A stretch of 64,000 nt of DNA, taken from an uncultured Erysipelotrichaceae bacterium (lineage in GTDB: Bacteria > Bacillota_I > Bacilli_A > RF39 > UBA660). The stretch's first letter is position 1, and the number at the start of each line of letters is the position of its first letter. Positions 10,544 to 21,030 of this stretch are shown piece by piece. A program made the translations under genes and the position numbers. The notes under the pieces were generated by a model, which was given only the letters and a program-made list of their open reading frames with translations, was not told where the DNA came from and searched no databases. Location: assembly GCA_902795215.1 (NCBI GenBank), contig CADBKG010000004.1, positions 17,259-81,258 on the forward strand, read 5' to 3'.

Positions 10544-11392
10544 GTGAAGAAGTATTTAAAAATTATTTTAGGGTCGTTTCTAATAGGTATGTCTTTAAAT
10601 TTGTTTTTTAAAGATATTGGATTAATACCGTCTGGAACAATGGGATTAGGGCTTTATTTTGCGGATAGGATGCATGTTAATTTTGCTTTAACCGTATTGC
10701 TTATTAATATATTTTGTTTCCTTATGGCAGCGACTATATTTCCAAAAAAATACTTAGCTAGATGCATTATAACGTTTTGGTTAATTCCATTGTTTATAGT
10801 TTTAACAAAAGATGTTGGAAATCTAATAGATATTAAAGATGCAGACAAATTACTTATTTCATTATATGGTGGTGTTCTTATGGGCATTGGATTTAGATGT
10901 ATATATAGTGAAGGTAAACTTGCTAGTGGAGTTAATGTTATAAATTCACTTGGTAAAATTATATTTGAACATAATCATATTATTATTTTATATTCCTTAG
11001 ATTTAATTTTAGTAATACTTCAAGGTTTTACTTATGGTGCACAAAGTGCAATGTATTCTTTAATAGCAATACTAATTATGGAAATATTAAGTAAAAGAGC
11101 TAGTATTGGAATTAATACTTCAAAAGTGTTTTATATAATTACTAAAAAAGAAAAAATAGTTAAACAATACATTATGGATGAACTAGGTTATGATTTAACT
11201 GAGTTTGAAGTAAAAGGAGGTTTTTCTAAAGAAAAAAATAAAATACTTATGTGTGTAATACCAACAAGAAATTATTATAAACTAAGAGAAGGGATAAAAG
11301 TTATAGATAAAGATGCGTTTATATCTATAACTGATTCATACGAAGTAATCAATCAAGACGTAACCATAAATAAGAAAGGTGAGGAAGAATGA
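10544..11392 (+). CDS. YitT-family membrane protein (C-terminal DUF2179-like domain)
   Basis: Multi-pass hydrophobic N-terminal part plus a soluble C-terminal domain; GTG start after RBS AAGGGTGA. Confidence 0.65.
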   Translation: MKKYLKIILGSFLIGMSLNLFFKDIGLIPSGTMGLGLYFADRMHVNFALTVLLINIFCFLMAATIFPKKYLARCIITFWLIPLFIVLTKDVGNLIDIKDADKLLISLYGGVLMGIGFRCIYSEGKLASGVNVINSLGKIIFEHNHIIILYSLDLILVILQGFTYGAQSAMYSLIAILIMEILSKRASIGINTSKVFYIITKKEKIVKQYIMDELGYDLTEFEVKGGFSKEKNKILMCVIPTRNYYKLREGIKVIDKDAFISITDSYEVINQDVTINKKGEEE

Positions 11393-11622
11393 ATAAAGAT
11401 GAATTCAAAATAACCCCAGAAGAAGCTATGGCATTAACATATCTTAGGAAACAAATGAGTAAGGGACTTCAGCCAAAATATCAAAAAGTAAAAACATTAG
11501 AGAAAAAACCATTAATAAAAGAAAACAAAGGGAATGTAACAGCAGTGCTTATGTTTGCGCTTATAGGTGTTATTTCTATTATGTTTATGCTTACACTATT
11601 TTTTTCAGGTATAGGAGGATAA
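11389..11622 (+). CDS. Small membrane protein
   Basis: 77 aa; ATGA overlap with the upstream stop; C-terminal TM segment VTAVLMFALIGVISIMFMLTLFF. Confidence 0.4.
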   Translation: MNKDEFKITPEEAMALTYLRKQMSKGLQPKYQKVKTLEKKPLIKENKGNVTAVLMFALIGVISIMFMLTLFFSGIGG

Positions 11623-11623
11623 A

Positions 11624-11884
11624 ATGGACGACGAATTAAGAAGACAATTAGATGAACTGAGTTATTTATCAAGTAATAGATTTAAATATACTGATAATAA
11701 TGCTGATAATAAACTACTTTTGAAAGAATATTTATGTAATTCAGATTTTTACGATTTATGTAGAGAACAACATGGTAAATTCACATTTAAGCAATTCAAA
11801 AAATATTTTGAAGAATATGAAGAAAAGTATGGACCGCTTGACGATATAGGTCTTGCGATATTATTATATGAGAATATACTGTGA
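11624..11884 (+). CDS. Hypothetical protein
   Basis: 86-aa ORF tightly following the previous gene. Confidence 0.4.
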   Translation: MDDELRRQLDELSYLSSNRFKYTDNNADNKLLLKEYLCNSDFYDLCREQHGKFTFKQFKKYFEEYEEKYGPLDDIGLAILLYENIL

Positions 11885-11988
11885 TGTTAACATTTCACAG
11901 TTTTTTCATATAGTTTTAACAAATATTATAAATAAAAGTACTATCATTTTAATCGAACTTGTAGTATAATTCTATGATAGGTGACGAT

Positions 11989-12915
11989 ATGCAAAAGGTA
12001 TTTAAGACAATTGATGAACAATTTCAGATTTTGCTAGATAAGGGTATGATTATCGATGATGAACAACAAGTTAAAGAAATACTGCTTAGAGAGAATTATT
12101 TCTTTATAAGCGGATATAGACATCTATTCTTAAAAAACCCTAAGTCTCGTGATTATAGACAAGGGACAAACTTTAGAGAATTATATGCAATGTTCAATTT
12201 TGATAGACAACTAAGAAATATTATCTTTAAAAATCTTCTTATCATTGAAAACAATATGAAGAGTATCTTTTCATATGAGTTATCTATGAAATATGGTATT
12301 AAAGAAAAGGACTATTTAAATATTTCAAACTTTAATACAAGCAAGGATAAAGTAAGACAAGTTAATGACCTTATAAGAAAGATAAAAAGACAAATCAGAA
12401 TAAATGGTGGTCAACATTCTGCTACAACTCATTATATATATAATTATGGTTATATCCCTTTATGGGTTGTTGTAAAAGTTATTTCGTTTGGAATTGTATG
12501 TGAACTATACTCTATTCTTAAAACAGATGATCAAAGAGCAATTGCAGATATTTTTGACTTAGACATTGATGAACTGCTTTGTTATTTACCGATATTATCT
12601 AATTATAGAAATTTATGTGCGCATGAAGATATATTATATGATCATAGAACAGCATCATTAATACCAGATAGTAAATATCATGAAATGTTACACATTAATA
12701 AAGGTGAAGATGGATATGAAAAAGGTAAAAACGATTTATTTGCTTTAATTATTATTTTAAAAAGATTACTTTTACCAGATGATTTTAGATTAATGATTAA
12801 AGAAATAGATTATGAAAAAGCAGTACTTGAAGGTAAACTTCAAACTATCAAAATTGATGATGTGTTAGATAAAATGGGATTCCCATCAAATTACACAGAT
12901 TTATTAGATTTATAG
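11989..12915 (+). CDS. Abi-family (AbiD/AbiF-like, Abi_2) abortive-infection-type protein
   Basis: Layout matches Abi_2 proteins (ENYFFISGYRHLF ... YRNLCAHEDILYD). Its own TATAAT box lies at 11965-11970, so the ATG at 11989 is preferred. Confidence 0.65.
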   Translation: MQKVFKTIDEQFQILLDKGMIIDDEQQVKEILLRENYFFISGYRHLFLKNPKSRDYRQGTNFRELYAMFNFDRQLRNIIFKNLLIIENNMKSIFSYELSMKYGIKEKDYLNISNFNTSKDKVRQVNDLIRKIKRQIRINGGQHSATTHYIYNYGYIPLWVVVKVISFGIVCELYSILKTDDQRAIADIFDLDIDELLCYLPILSNYRNLCAHEDILYDHRTASLIPDSKYHEMLHINKGEDGYEKGKNDLFALIIILKRLLLPDDFRLMIKEIDYEKAVLEGKLQTIKIDDVLDKMGFPSNYTDLLDL

Positions 12916-12928
12916 AAAGGACATAAAA

Positions 12929-14047
12929 ATGACAAAGGAAACTAAAGAAGAAAAGAAAAAAAAGAGTATCATAGTACCAATCATAGTATTTTTCTTAGGC
13001 GCAGCATGTATGTACCTTCTTATTTACTACGTATTACCAGAGACAGGAAACACAGTTATAAACAAAAGTGAAAAAGAAGTAACTGTTACTGATAAGGGAA
13101 TTGCAGATGCAGTTGATAAACTATATGATGCAGTAGTAGTCGTAACAGCGACAAAAAATGATGAAGATACAAGTGGAGGAACAGGATTTGTATATAAAGT
13201 AGATGGAAATAAAGCGTATATTTTAACTAATTTCCATGTTATAAATGGAGCCACTGGAGCAAAAGTTAAATTCACTAATAATGAAGAAGTTGAAGCAACT
13301 ATAGTAGGTGGAGATAAAGATTCAGATACTGCAGTATTAAGTGTTAATAAAAATAGTATTATTAGTGTTGCAGATATAGGATCAAGTGAAAAAGCAAGAC
13401 TTGGAGATACAGTTTTCGCTATAGGTTCACCAATTAGTACAACTTATAATTGGACTGTAACAAGAGGAATACTAAGCGGAAAAGATAGAATGGTTGAAGC
13501 AGCATTAAGTCAAGAAGATACTACTAGTTATGCCTTTAAAGTTCTTCAAACAGATGCTTCTATAAACTCTGGAAATAGTGGAGGTCCACTTGCAAATTCA
13601 AATGGAGAAGTAATTGGTATTACAAACATGAAGTTAGTCTCTGATTCTATTGAAGGAATTGGCTTTGCAATACCAATAGAAGATGCTTTAATAATTGCAG
13701 ATGATTTAATAAAAGATGGTAAAATTGAAAGACCTCTTCTTGGAGTAAGTATGTTAGACCTTGAAAACAAATATAATCTATATCAACAAGGTATTACGCT
13801 AAATACAGAACTTAAAGAAGGAGTTGTAGTTGTTGAAGTACAAAATGGAAGTCCTGCAGATAAAGGCGGATTAAAACGTGGTGATATAATTGTTGCAGTA
13901 GATGATGATAGTGTTGGTAGTGTAGCATACTTAAGATATATGCTTTATAAACACAAAGTTGGAGACACTATTACTGTTAAATTTGAAAGACAAGGTAAGA
14001 TGGATACCGCTAAAATTAAATTAACAGTTGCAAATAAAGAAAGTTAA
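12929..14047 (+). CDS. htrA: HtrA/DegP-family serine protease with a PDZ domain
   Basis: N-terminal TM anchor, trypsin-like core with GNSGGPL, C-terminal PDZ-like region. Confidence 0.85.
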   Translation: MTKETKEEKKKKSIIVPIIVFFLGAACMYLLIYYVLPETGNTVINKSEKEVTVTDKGIADAVDKLYDAVVVVTATKNDEDTSGGTGFVYKVDGNKAYILTNFHVINGATGAKVKFTNNEEVEATIVGGDKDSDTAVLSVNKNSIISVADIGSSEKARLGDTVFAIGSPISTTYNWTVTRGILSGKDRMVEAALSQEDTTSYAFKVLQTDASINSGNSGGPLANSNGEVIGITNMKLVSDSIEGIGFAIPIEDALIIADDLIKDGKIERPLLGVSMLDLENKYNLYQQGITLNTELKEGVVVVEVQNGSPADKGGLKRGDIIVAVDDDSVGSVAYLRYMLYKHKVGDTITVKFERQGKMDTAKIKLTVANKES

Positions 14048-14080
14048 TACTTTCTTTTTTTCATGCATAAAAAAAGTAAG

Positions 14081-14923
14081 TTATTTTTGATACTTACTTT
14101 TTGTAAATGCAAATATTGGATAACCAACAATAGGTATTAATGGTATTGTTAATCCTAGGATTGCTTCTTTACCAAACTTCTCTGAAAGTGCAATAGAAGC
14201 AATTAATTTAACAATATAAACTGCTATATAACCAACAAATGGGATAAGTGAAAGTAATGAATAATAACCAGAATAACCACAAATTTCAAAAAATACCCAA
14301 TTGTTATATATAGGAATTAATGCTGCCCATCCAGGTTTATCACACTTTTTAAATAATATCCATTTACAAACTATTATAAAAATTAATATTGCAAGTCCAA
14401 TAAAACCAAATATTATGGCAACAATAGCAAACATAGTTTCCATAAACATATCAAAATAATAACCAAAATCATCCATAAAAGCATAATCGTAATCCTCATC
14501 TTCATAATTTTCATAGTTTATTTCTTTTTTAGCTTGCTCGACTACATCTTTAAAGTTTTTATTGTTGTAACATTCTAAAATGGTATTTCTAATATCATTT
14601 GCAAAACTAGAATTATATCCCATATAATACTTATCACTAATTACAATAAGTGGATAACCATTATAGTTTGTTCCAAGCAATTCAGTGGTTTTTTTCATTA
14701 ATTCTTGCTCTCTTGAAGAATAAGTAACATCTATATATTCCAAATCAAATTTATCTTTTAACTCAGCATCAGTTTGCAATTCTTCAAAAAAACTTGCTGC
14801 ATCATCGCAATTAGGACAATCATAATATTCCCTAAAAATATAAACATCCACATCATCATCTGCAAAAGCAAGTATTGGAATAGTCAAAATCATTAATAAA
14901 AATAAATAAAAAACTTTCTTCAT
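14081..14923 (-). CDS. Membrane protein: secreted CxxC (thioredoxin-like) N-terminal region plus a DUF5684-like C-terminal membrane domain
   Basis: Signal peptide, CPNC motif, then KPGWAALIPIYNNWVFFEICG-type hydrophobic module; the ATG at 14923 sits 5 nt after GAAGGAG. Confidence 0.5.
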   Translation of the reverse strand: MKKVFYLFLLMILTIPILAFADDDVDVYIFREYYDCPNCDDAASFFEELQTDAELKDKFDLEYIDVTYSSREQELMKKTTELLGTNYNGYPLIVISDKYYMGYNSSFANDIRNTILECYNNKNFKDVVEQAKKEINYENYEDEDYDYAFMDDFGYYFDMFMETMFAIVAIIFGFIGLAILIFIIVCKWILFKKCDKPGWAALIPIYNNWVFFEICGYSGYYSLLSLIPFVGYIAVYIVKLIASIALSEKFGKEAILGLTIPLIPIVGYPIFAFTKSKYQK

Positions 14924-15037
14924 ATACACTCCTTCTATTAAAATATTATCATAAAGATTAAAATTAATCTATATTAATAATTAAACCTTGAAAAAAAATA
15001 TCAATCATATTAGAATACCTTATAGAAAGGGATAACT

Positions 15038-16366
15038 ATGAAAGAAGTTTTAAAGTTTTTAAACAGTTTAGATTTAAAAGGAAAATACGTTGTACTTGGT
15101 TGTTCTTACGGCCCAGATTCAATGATGCTTTTACATGTGTTAAAAACTTTAAAAATAAAAGTAATATGTGCCCATGTCAATCATAATATAAGAAAAGAAA
15201 GTATAGATGAATACAATAAATTACAAAAATATACTAAAGATAATAATATAATTATGGAAACACTTTCTTTAGAAAAGGGTAACCATAACGAAAGTTATTA
15301 TAGAAAAAAAAGATATGATTTTTATAAAAAAATAGCCGATAAATATAATACAAAATATATCATGACTGCGCATCATGGTGATGATTTAATAGAAACAATA
15401 TTAATGAGAATCACAAGAGGATCTAACTTAAAAGGATATTTGGGTTTTAATAAAATATTTAATGAAAAACAATATGTTTTTTTAAAACCACTCGTATATA
15501 TTACTAAAGATGAAATATTAGAATATAATAAAAAAAATAATATCCCATATGCGATAGATGCTTCAAACATAGATAATAAATATACTAGAAATAGATATCG
15601 AAATAATGTATTACCGTTTTTAAAAAAGGAAGATAAGAACGTACATTTAAAATATATGGCATTTAGCAACGAATTAAATGATGCCTATGAATGTATTAAA
15701 AAAATTAGTTTAGATTATATTAATAATAATTTTAAAGATAATATACTTTGCCTAGATGAATTCCAAAAATTAGATCCTTATATTAAGAAGACAATTATTA
15801 ATATAATATTGAGTAATATATATGGAGATAATATCGATAAAATAAATAAAAAACATATTAATAATTTAATAGAAGTTCTTGAAAAAGGAAAAAACTTTTC
15901 GATGGATTTTCCATATAACAAAAAGATTATAAGAGAGTATAATTATTTAAAATTTAATATAGCAATAAATAACAATACATATAATATAAAGTTAGAAGAT
16001 GAAACTATATTACCAAATGGAGACTCTATATATAAGGTTAACAGTACTAAAGATAATAGTAATTATATTATAAGGTTAAATAAAAAAGATATTAAATTAC
16101 CATTGTATATTAGATCAAAAAAAACAAGTGATAAAATAGCAGTTAAGAATTTAGGAGGAACTAAATCAATTAAGAAAATACTTATTGATGAAAAGATTCC
16201 AGCCTCTAAAAGAAATGATATCTTGCTTGTTGTTGATTCTAATGATGTAGTATTATGGATACCAGGCATAAAAAAAAGTAAATTTGATATTAACAAAGAC
16301 GAAAAGTGTGATATAATACTTAAGTACGAAAGAAAGGAAAGAAAAAATGCCAAAGAAAAAAAATAA
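15038..16366 (+). CDS. tilS: tRNA(Ile)-lysidine synthetase
   Basis: PP-loop-like GCSYGPDSMML; C-terminal TilS_C-like GGTKSIKKILIDEKIP; conserved position upstream of ftsH. Confidence 0.85.
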   Translation: MKEVLKFLNSLDLKGKYVVLGCSYGPDSMMLLHVLKTLKIKVICAHVNHNIRKESIDEYNKLQKYTKDNNIIMETLSLEKGNHNESYYRKKRYDFYKKIADKYNTKYIMTAHHGDDLIETILMRITRGSNLKGYLGFNKIFNEKQYVFLKPLVYITKDEILEYNKKNNIPYAIDASNIDNKYTRNRYRNNVLPFLKKEDKNVHLKYMAFSNELNDAYECIKKISLDYINNNFKDNILCLDEFQKLDPYIKKTIINIILSNIYGDNIDKINKKHINNLIEVLEKGKNFSMDFPYNKKIIREYNYLKFNIAINNNTYNIKLEDETILPNGDSIYKVNSTKDNSNYIIRLNKKDIKLPLYIRSKKTSDKIAVKNLGGTKSIKKILIDEKIPASKRNDILLVVDSNDVVLWIPGIKKSKFDINKDEKCDIILKYERKERKNAKEKK

Positions 16367-18269
16367 TAATGCAGTTAAATCATTATCATTATATGTAGTA
16401 GTAATACTTATAATACTTGGAGCAATTCTTTTTTCAAGTGCTTCAAAACCTAAAGTACATGAATTTACATATGATGAACTTATAAAAAATATATCAAATG
16501 AGAAGGTAGAAAAATTAGAAGTTACACCAAACGCTAATTATAGTACATATATAATAGTAGGTAAATTAGAAGGATATAAAAAGAATGAATCATTTACGGT
16601 TTATGTTCCATATTCAGATTCGACTATTAATAAAATATTAGACTATTCAGATTCTTCAAAATTTGAAGTTAAAGTAAATAAAGATCCTAGAAGTGAACAA
16701 TGGATTGCAATTATCTTCGAAGGAATATTACCAATCGCTTTAGTTGTTGGATGTGTATTCTTCTTCTTTAATAAAGTTTCTAGTGGAAATAATAAATCTA
16801 TGGACTTTGGAAGAAGTACTGCTAAACTAAATATGGATGGTGGTAAAGTTAAATTTACTGATGTTGCAGGTTTAAAAGAAGAAAAAGAAGAAGTTGCAGA
16901 ACTTATAGATTTCTTAAAATCTCCTAAAAAATTCCAAAAATTAGGAGCTAGAATTCCTAAAGGAGTACTTCTTGTAGGTCCTCCAGGAACTGGTAAAACA
17001 TTACTTGCAAAAGCCGTTGCAGGTGAAGCTAATGTACCATTTTACTATATAAGTGGTTCAGACTTTGTTGAACTATTTGTTGGTGTAGGTGCAAGCCGTG
17101 TTAGAGATATGTTTAAAGAAGCTAAGAGAAATGCTCCATGCTTAATATTTATAGATGAAATTGATGCAGTAGGTCGTCAAAGAGGTACTGGTATTGGTGG
17201 AGGACACGATGAAAGAGAACAAACTCTAAACCAATTACTAACTGAAATGGATGGATTTGGTGCAAATGAAGGTATAATTATCATCGCTGCAACAAATAGA
17301 CCAGACGTACTTGATCCAGCATTACTTAGACCTGGTAGATTTGATAGACAAGTTACAGTTAATTATCCAGATACAGAAGAGCGAGAACAAATACTTGGAG
17401 TTCATGCTAGAAACAAAAAATTCTCTAGCGATGTAAGTTTAAAAAATCTTTCTAAACGTACTCCTGGATTTAGTGGTGCAGACCTTGAAAACCTTCTTAA
17501 TGAAGCTGCATTACTTGCTGTTAGAAGAGATAAAGAAGCAATCGGAATGGATGAAATAGATGAAGCAACTGATAGAGTGCTTATGGGTCCAGCTAAAGAA
17601 TCAAGAAAAATAACAGATAAAGAAAAACAACTTGTAAGCTTACATGAAGCAGGACATGCTGTAATTGGAATTAAACTAGAAGATGCTCAAGATGTTCATA
17701 AAATCACAATTATACCTCGTGGCATGGCTGGTGGTTATACTATGATGCTTCCTAAAGATGAAAAAATGAACATTTCTACAAAGAATGAACTACTTGCCCA
17801 AATAACAGGATTACTTGGTGGTAGAGTTAGTGAAGAATTATACTTTGGAGAAATTTCAACAGGAGCATCAGATGACTTTGCAAAAGCAACTAGAATTGCA
17901 AGAGCTATGGTTACTGAATATGGAATGAGTGAATTAGGTCCTGTACAACTTGAAGAAAAACAAGGTAATGTATTTTTAGGAAGAGACTACGCTAAAGATA
18001 AAAACTTTAGTGATGCAGTAGCTCTTGAAATTGATACAGAAGTTCGTAAAATAATGGATGAATGTTATAAAAAAGCAACTAAGATATTAAAAGATAACAA
18101 AAAACTTGTTTATCTAATCAGTGATACATTAATAGAACATGAAACAATTACTAAAGAAGAAATTGATGAACTTGTATCTACAGGCAAAATTTCTAAATAC
18201 GAAGAAGAAAAGAAAGAAGAAAAGAAAATTAAAACAGAAAAGAAGGAAGAAAAAGAGGAAGAAGAGTAA
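16347..18269 (+). CDS. ftsH: ATP-dependent zinc metalloprotease FtsH
   Basis: [18 protein letters not shown] Walker A, SRH region, HEAGHA zinc site, two N-terminal TM segments. Confidence 0.95.
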   Translation: MPKKKNNNAVKSLSLYVVVILIILGAILFSSASKPKVHEFTYDELIKNISNEKVEKLEVTPNANYSTYIIVGKLEGYKKNESFTVYVPYSDSTINKILDYSDSSKFEVKVNKDPRSEQWIAIIFEGILPIALVVGCVFFFFNKVSSGNNKSMDFGRSTAKLNMDGGKVKFTDVAGLKEEKEEVAELIDFLKSPKKFQKLGARIPKGVLLVGPPGTGKTLLAKAVAGEANVPFYYISGSDFVELFVGVGASRVRDMFKEAKRNAPCLIFIDEIDAVGRQRGTGIGGGHDEREQTLNQLLTEMDGFGANEGIIIIAATNRPDVLDPALLRPGRFDRQVTVNYPDTEEREQILGVHARNKKFSSDVSLKNLSKRTPGFSGADLENLLNEAALLAVRRDKEAIGMDEIDEATDRVLMGPAKESRKITDKEKQLVSLHEAGHAVIGIKLEDAQDVHKITIIPRGMAGGYTMMLPKDEKMNISTKNELLAQITGLLGGRVSEELYFGEISTGASDDFAKATRIARAMVTEYGMSELGPVQLEEKQGNVFLGRDYAKDKNFSDAVALEIDTEVRKIMDECYKKATKILKDNKKLVYLISDTLIEHETITKEEIDELVSTGKISKYEEEKKEEKKIKTEKKEEKEEEE

Positions 18270-18374
18270 TCCTTCTTTTCTTTTCTAAAATTTAGTAAAA
18301 GTTTTATTGATAGTTAACATGCAAATATGTTAAAATATAAAAAGAAATAAGCAATATGAAGGTGTGGTATTTTT

Positions 18375-19160
18375 ATGGCAAAAATAATTTCATTAGTTAA
18401 TCAAAAAGGCGGCGTTGGAAAAACTACTACAAGTATAAATCTTTCTGCTTCTTTAGGTAAATTTGGTAAAAATACACTCCTTATCGATTTAGACCCACAA
18501 GGTAATGCAACTACGGGGTTGGGTGTTGATAAAGGTGCAATTAAATACAGTGTTTACGACGTATTAACACAGAAGTGTGATATAAAAGAAGCAATTATAA
18601 AAACAGGATTTACAAAACTAGCAATCTTACCTGCAACTATAAATCTAGCAGGACTTGATGTAGAACTTATTCAAATGGAATATTCAAATCCTGAATTCAA
18701 AAAAAATGAACAACTAAAAAGAGTACTTGAAAGTGTAGAAGAATATTTTGATTACATCATAATTGATTGTCCTCCTTCTCTTGGAATAAATACAATTAAT
18801 GCATTAGTTGCAAGTAATTCAGTTATTATTCCAGTACAATGTGAATTTTTCGCACTAGAAGGTGTATCTCAATTATTAAATACAATAATAATGACACAAT
18901 CAAAATTAAATCCAGGACTTACAATAGAAGGTGTACTTTTAACTTTACTTGATTCAAGAACAAATCTTGGATTAGAAGTTGTTGAAGAAGTTAGAAAATA
19001 CTTTGGAAACAAAGTTTTCAACACAATCATTCCTAGACTAGTTAGACTTGTAGAAGCACCTAGCCACGGAATGCCAATATGTGATTATGATCCAACTTGC
19101 AGAGCGACAGAGGCTTATCTTAATTTAGCTAAGGAGGTTATAGAGCGAGATGGAAACTAA
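18375..19160 (+). CDS. soj: Chromosome partitioning ATPase ParA/Soj
   Basis: Deviant Walker A NQKGGVGKTTT; immediately upstream of parB. Confidence 0.9.
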   Translation: MAKIISLVNQKGGVGKTTTSINLSASLGKFGKNTLLIDLDPQGNATTGLGVDKGAIKYSVYDVLTQKCDIKEAIIKTGFTKLAILPATINLAGLDVELIQMEYSNPEFKKNEQLKRVLESVEEYFDYIIIDCPPSLGINTINALVASNSVIIPVQCEFFALEGVSQLLNTIIMTQSKLNPGLTIEGVLLTLLDSRTNLGLEVVEEVRKYFGNKVFNTIIPRLVRLVEAPSHGMPICDYDPTCRATEAYLNLAKEVIERDGN

Positions 19161-20040
19161 GAGAAAAGCATTAGGGAAGGGTTTGGAACAATTATTTAAC
19201 AGTGAAAATGTTAATTTTGAGGAAGTTGAAAGAGAAATAGTAGCGAATGCTACAGAAGCTGATATTCACGAAATTCCAATTAGTTCAATTAGAAGTAATC
19301 CTTTTCAACCAAGAAAAAGATTTGACGAAGACAAATTAAAAGAACTATCTGAATCAATAAAAGAACATGGATTATTTCAACCAATAATAGTTAAAAAAAG
19401 TATTAAAGGGTATGAACTAGTCGCAGGTGAAAGAAGAACTAAAGCCGCAAAAATGGCTGGTTTTGAAAAAATACCTGCAATAATAAGAAATTTTTCTGAC
19501 GATGAAATGATGCAAGTTGCATTACTTGAAAATACTCAAAGAGAAAACTTAAATCCTATAGAAGAAGCAGAAGCTTATGATCAAATACTTAAAAAATCAA
19601 ATATGACACAAGAAGAGCTGGCTAAAAAAGTTTCAAAAAGTAGAAGTTATATAACAAATGTATTAGGACTAGTAACTTTGCCAGAAGAAGTAAAAAAATT
19701 GGTTATTGATGGTAAGCTTTCTATGGCACACGCTAGAATCCTAAGTAAAATGGAAGATGAGAATTATGTTTCTAGACTAGCTTATAAGGTAGTAAGCGAA
19801 GGGATTAGCGTTAGAAAACTAGAAGAAATATCTAGGGATACTAAAATCCCTAAGAAAAAAGCAATTAATAGAACAGTACCTTTAAATAAAGTATATTCTT
19901 TATATGAAGAAGCATTAAGAGATAAAATAGGCACAAAAGTCACTATATCATCAAATAAACTTACTATACCTTTTGATAGTGATGAAGATTTAGTAAGAAT
20001 ATTAGAAGTACTTAATATTAGTGTAGAGGATGATGATTAA
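19150..20040 (+). CDS. spo0J: Chromosome partitioning protein ParB/Spo0J
   Basis: ParB box GERRTKAAKMAG and an HTH region; overlaps the parA stop. Confidence 0.9.
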   Translation: METKRKALGKGLEQLFNSENVNFEEVEREIVANATEADIHEIPISSIRSNPFQPRKRFDEDKLKELSESIKEHGLFQPIIVKKSIKGYELVAGERRTKAAKMAGFEKIPAIIRNFSDDEMMQVALLENTQRENLNPIEEAEAYDQILKKSNMTQEELAKKVSKSRSYITNVLGLVTLPEEVKKLVIDGKLSMAHARILSKMEDENYVSRLAYKVVSEGISVRKLEEISRDTKIPKKKAINRTVPLNKVYSLYEEALRDKIGTKVTISSNKLTIPFDSDEDLVRILEVLNISVEDDD

Positions 20041-20843
20041 TGGAGACATTTTTAAAACTTATTTCTAAGAAAGAAGTATATGGACTTCTTATAATAATTG
20101 CAGTTTCAATATTAGTATATAAACTATTTATAATGCTTATTGAAAAACTTATAAATAGAACTAAAAATCCATTTGAAAAAAAGAAAAGAACAACTGTATT
20201 TAGATTATTTAGAAATATTGTTAGATATGCAATATATGCACTTGCAATTATATTTGTTTTAGATTTATATGGCGTAAATGTAACAAGCTTAGTTGCAAGC
20301 TTAGGTGTTGTAAGTGCAATTAGTGCCTTAGCACTTCAAGATACAATAAAAGACGTAATAAGTGGTTCATCAATAATTATGGATAACTACTATGTAGTGG
20401 GTGATTATGTAAAATATGGGGATTTCCTAGGTATTGTAACAGAACTAGGACTTAGAACTACAAAAATAATGAATTTCAATGGAGAAGTATTAACTATTGC
20501 AAATAGAAATATAAATGAAATAATTAATCTTTCACAAAAACAAGCCTCAGTACTTATTGAAGTACCCACAGCATACGAAGAAAAATGTGAAAAAGTTGAT
20601 AAAGTGTTTAATGAAATAATAGAAGAAATTAAAACTTGGCCAACGATGGATAAAGAAAAAACATATTATATGGGGATTGAAAAATTTGAAGATTCTTCAA
20701 TTATATATGCTTTAAGATTTTATTGTAGTCCTGCAAAAAAATGGGAATATGAAAGAGAAATACTTAGACTTGTAAAAATAAAATATGAACAAAATAAGAT
20801 CAAGATACCATATAATCAATTAGAGGTTCATAATGGAAAGTAA
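20040..20843 (+). CDS. Small-conductance mechanosensitive channel (MscS family)
   Basis: Three TM segments followed by an MscS beta-domain-like region (GDYVKYGDFLGIVTELGLRTTKI). Confidence 0.8.
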   Translation: METFLKLISKKEVYGLLIIIAVSILVYKLFIMLIEKLINRTKNPFEKKKRTTVFRLFRNIVRYAIYALAIIFVLDLYGVNVTSLVASLGVVSAISALALQDTIKDVISGSSIIMDNYYVVGDYVKYGDFLGIVTELGLRTTKIMNFNGEVLTIANRNINEIINLSQKQASVLIEVPTAYEEKCEKVDKVFNEIIEEIKTWPTMDKEKTYYMGIEKFEDSSIIYALRFYCSPAKKWEYEREILRLVKIKYEQNKIKIPYNQLEVHNGK

Positions 20844-21030
20844 AGAAATAAAATTAGGTAATAGATTTATATTAAAAAAACCACACGCTTGTGGTGAAAA
20901 TCTATGGGAAGTTACTAGACTTGGTGTGGATATCAAGTTAAAATGCCTAAATTGTAATCATGAAGTTATGATGCCAAGAGTAGAACTACTCAAGAAAATA
21001 AAAAAGAAAGTAGATGAAAATAATGGCTAG
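20833..21030 (+). CDS. DUF951-family small protein
   Basis: 65 aa; two Cys pairs (HACGEN...CLNCNHE); conserved neighbourhood near parB and ychF in Firmicutes. Confidence 0.55.
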   Translation: MESKEIKLGNRFILKKPHACGENLWEVTRLGVDIKLKCLNCNHEVMMPRVELLKKIKKKVDENNG

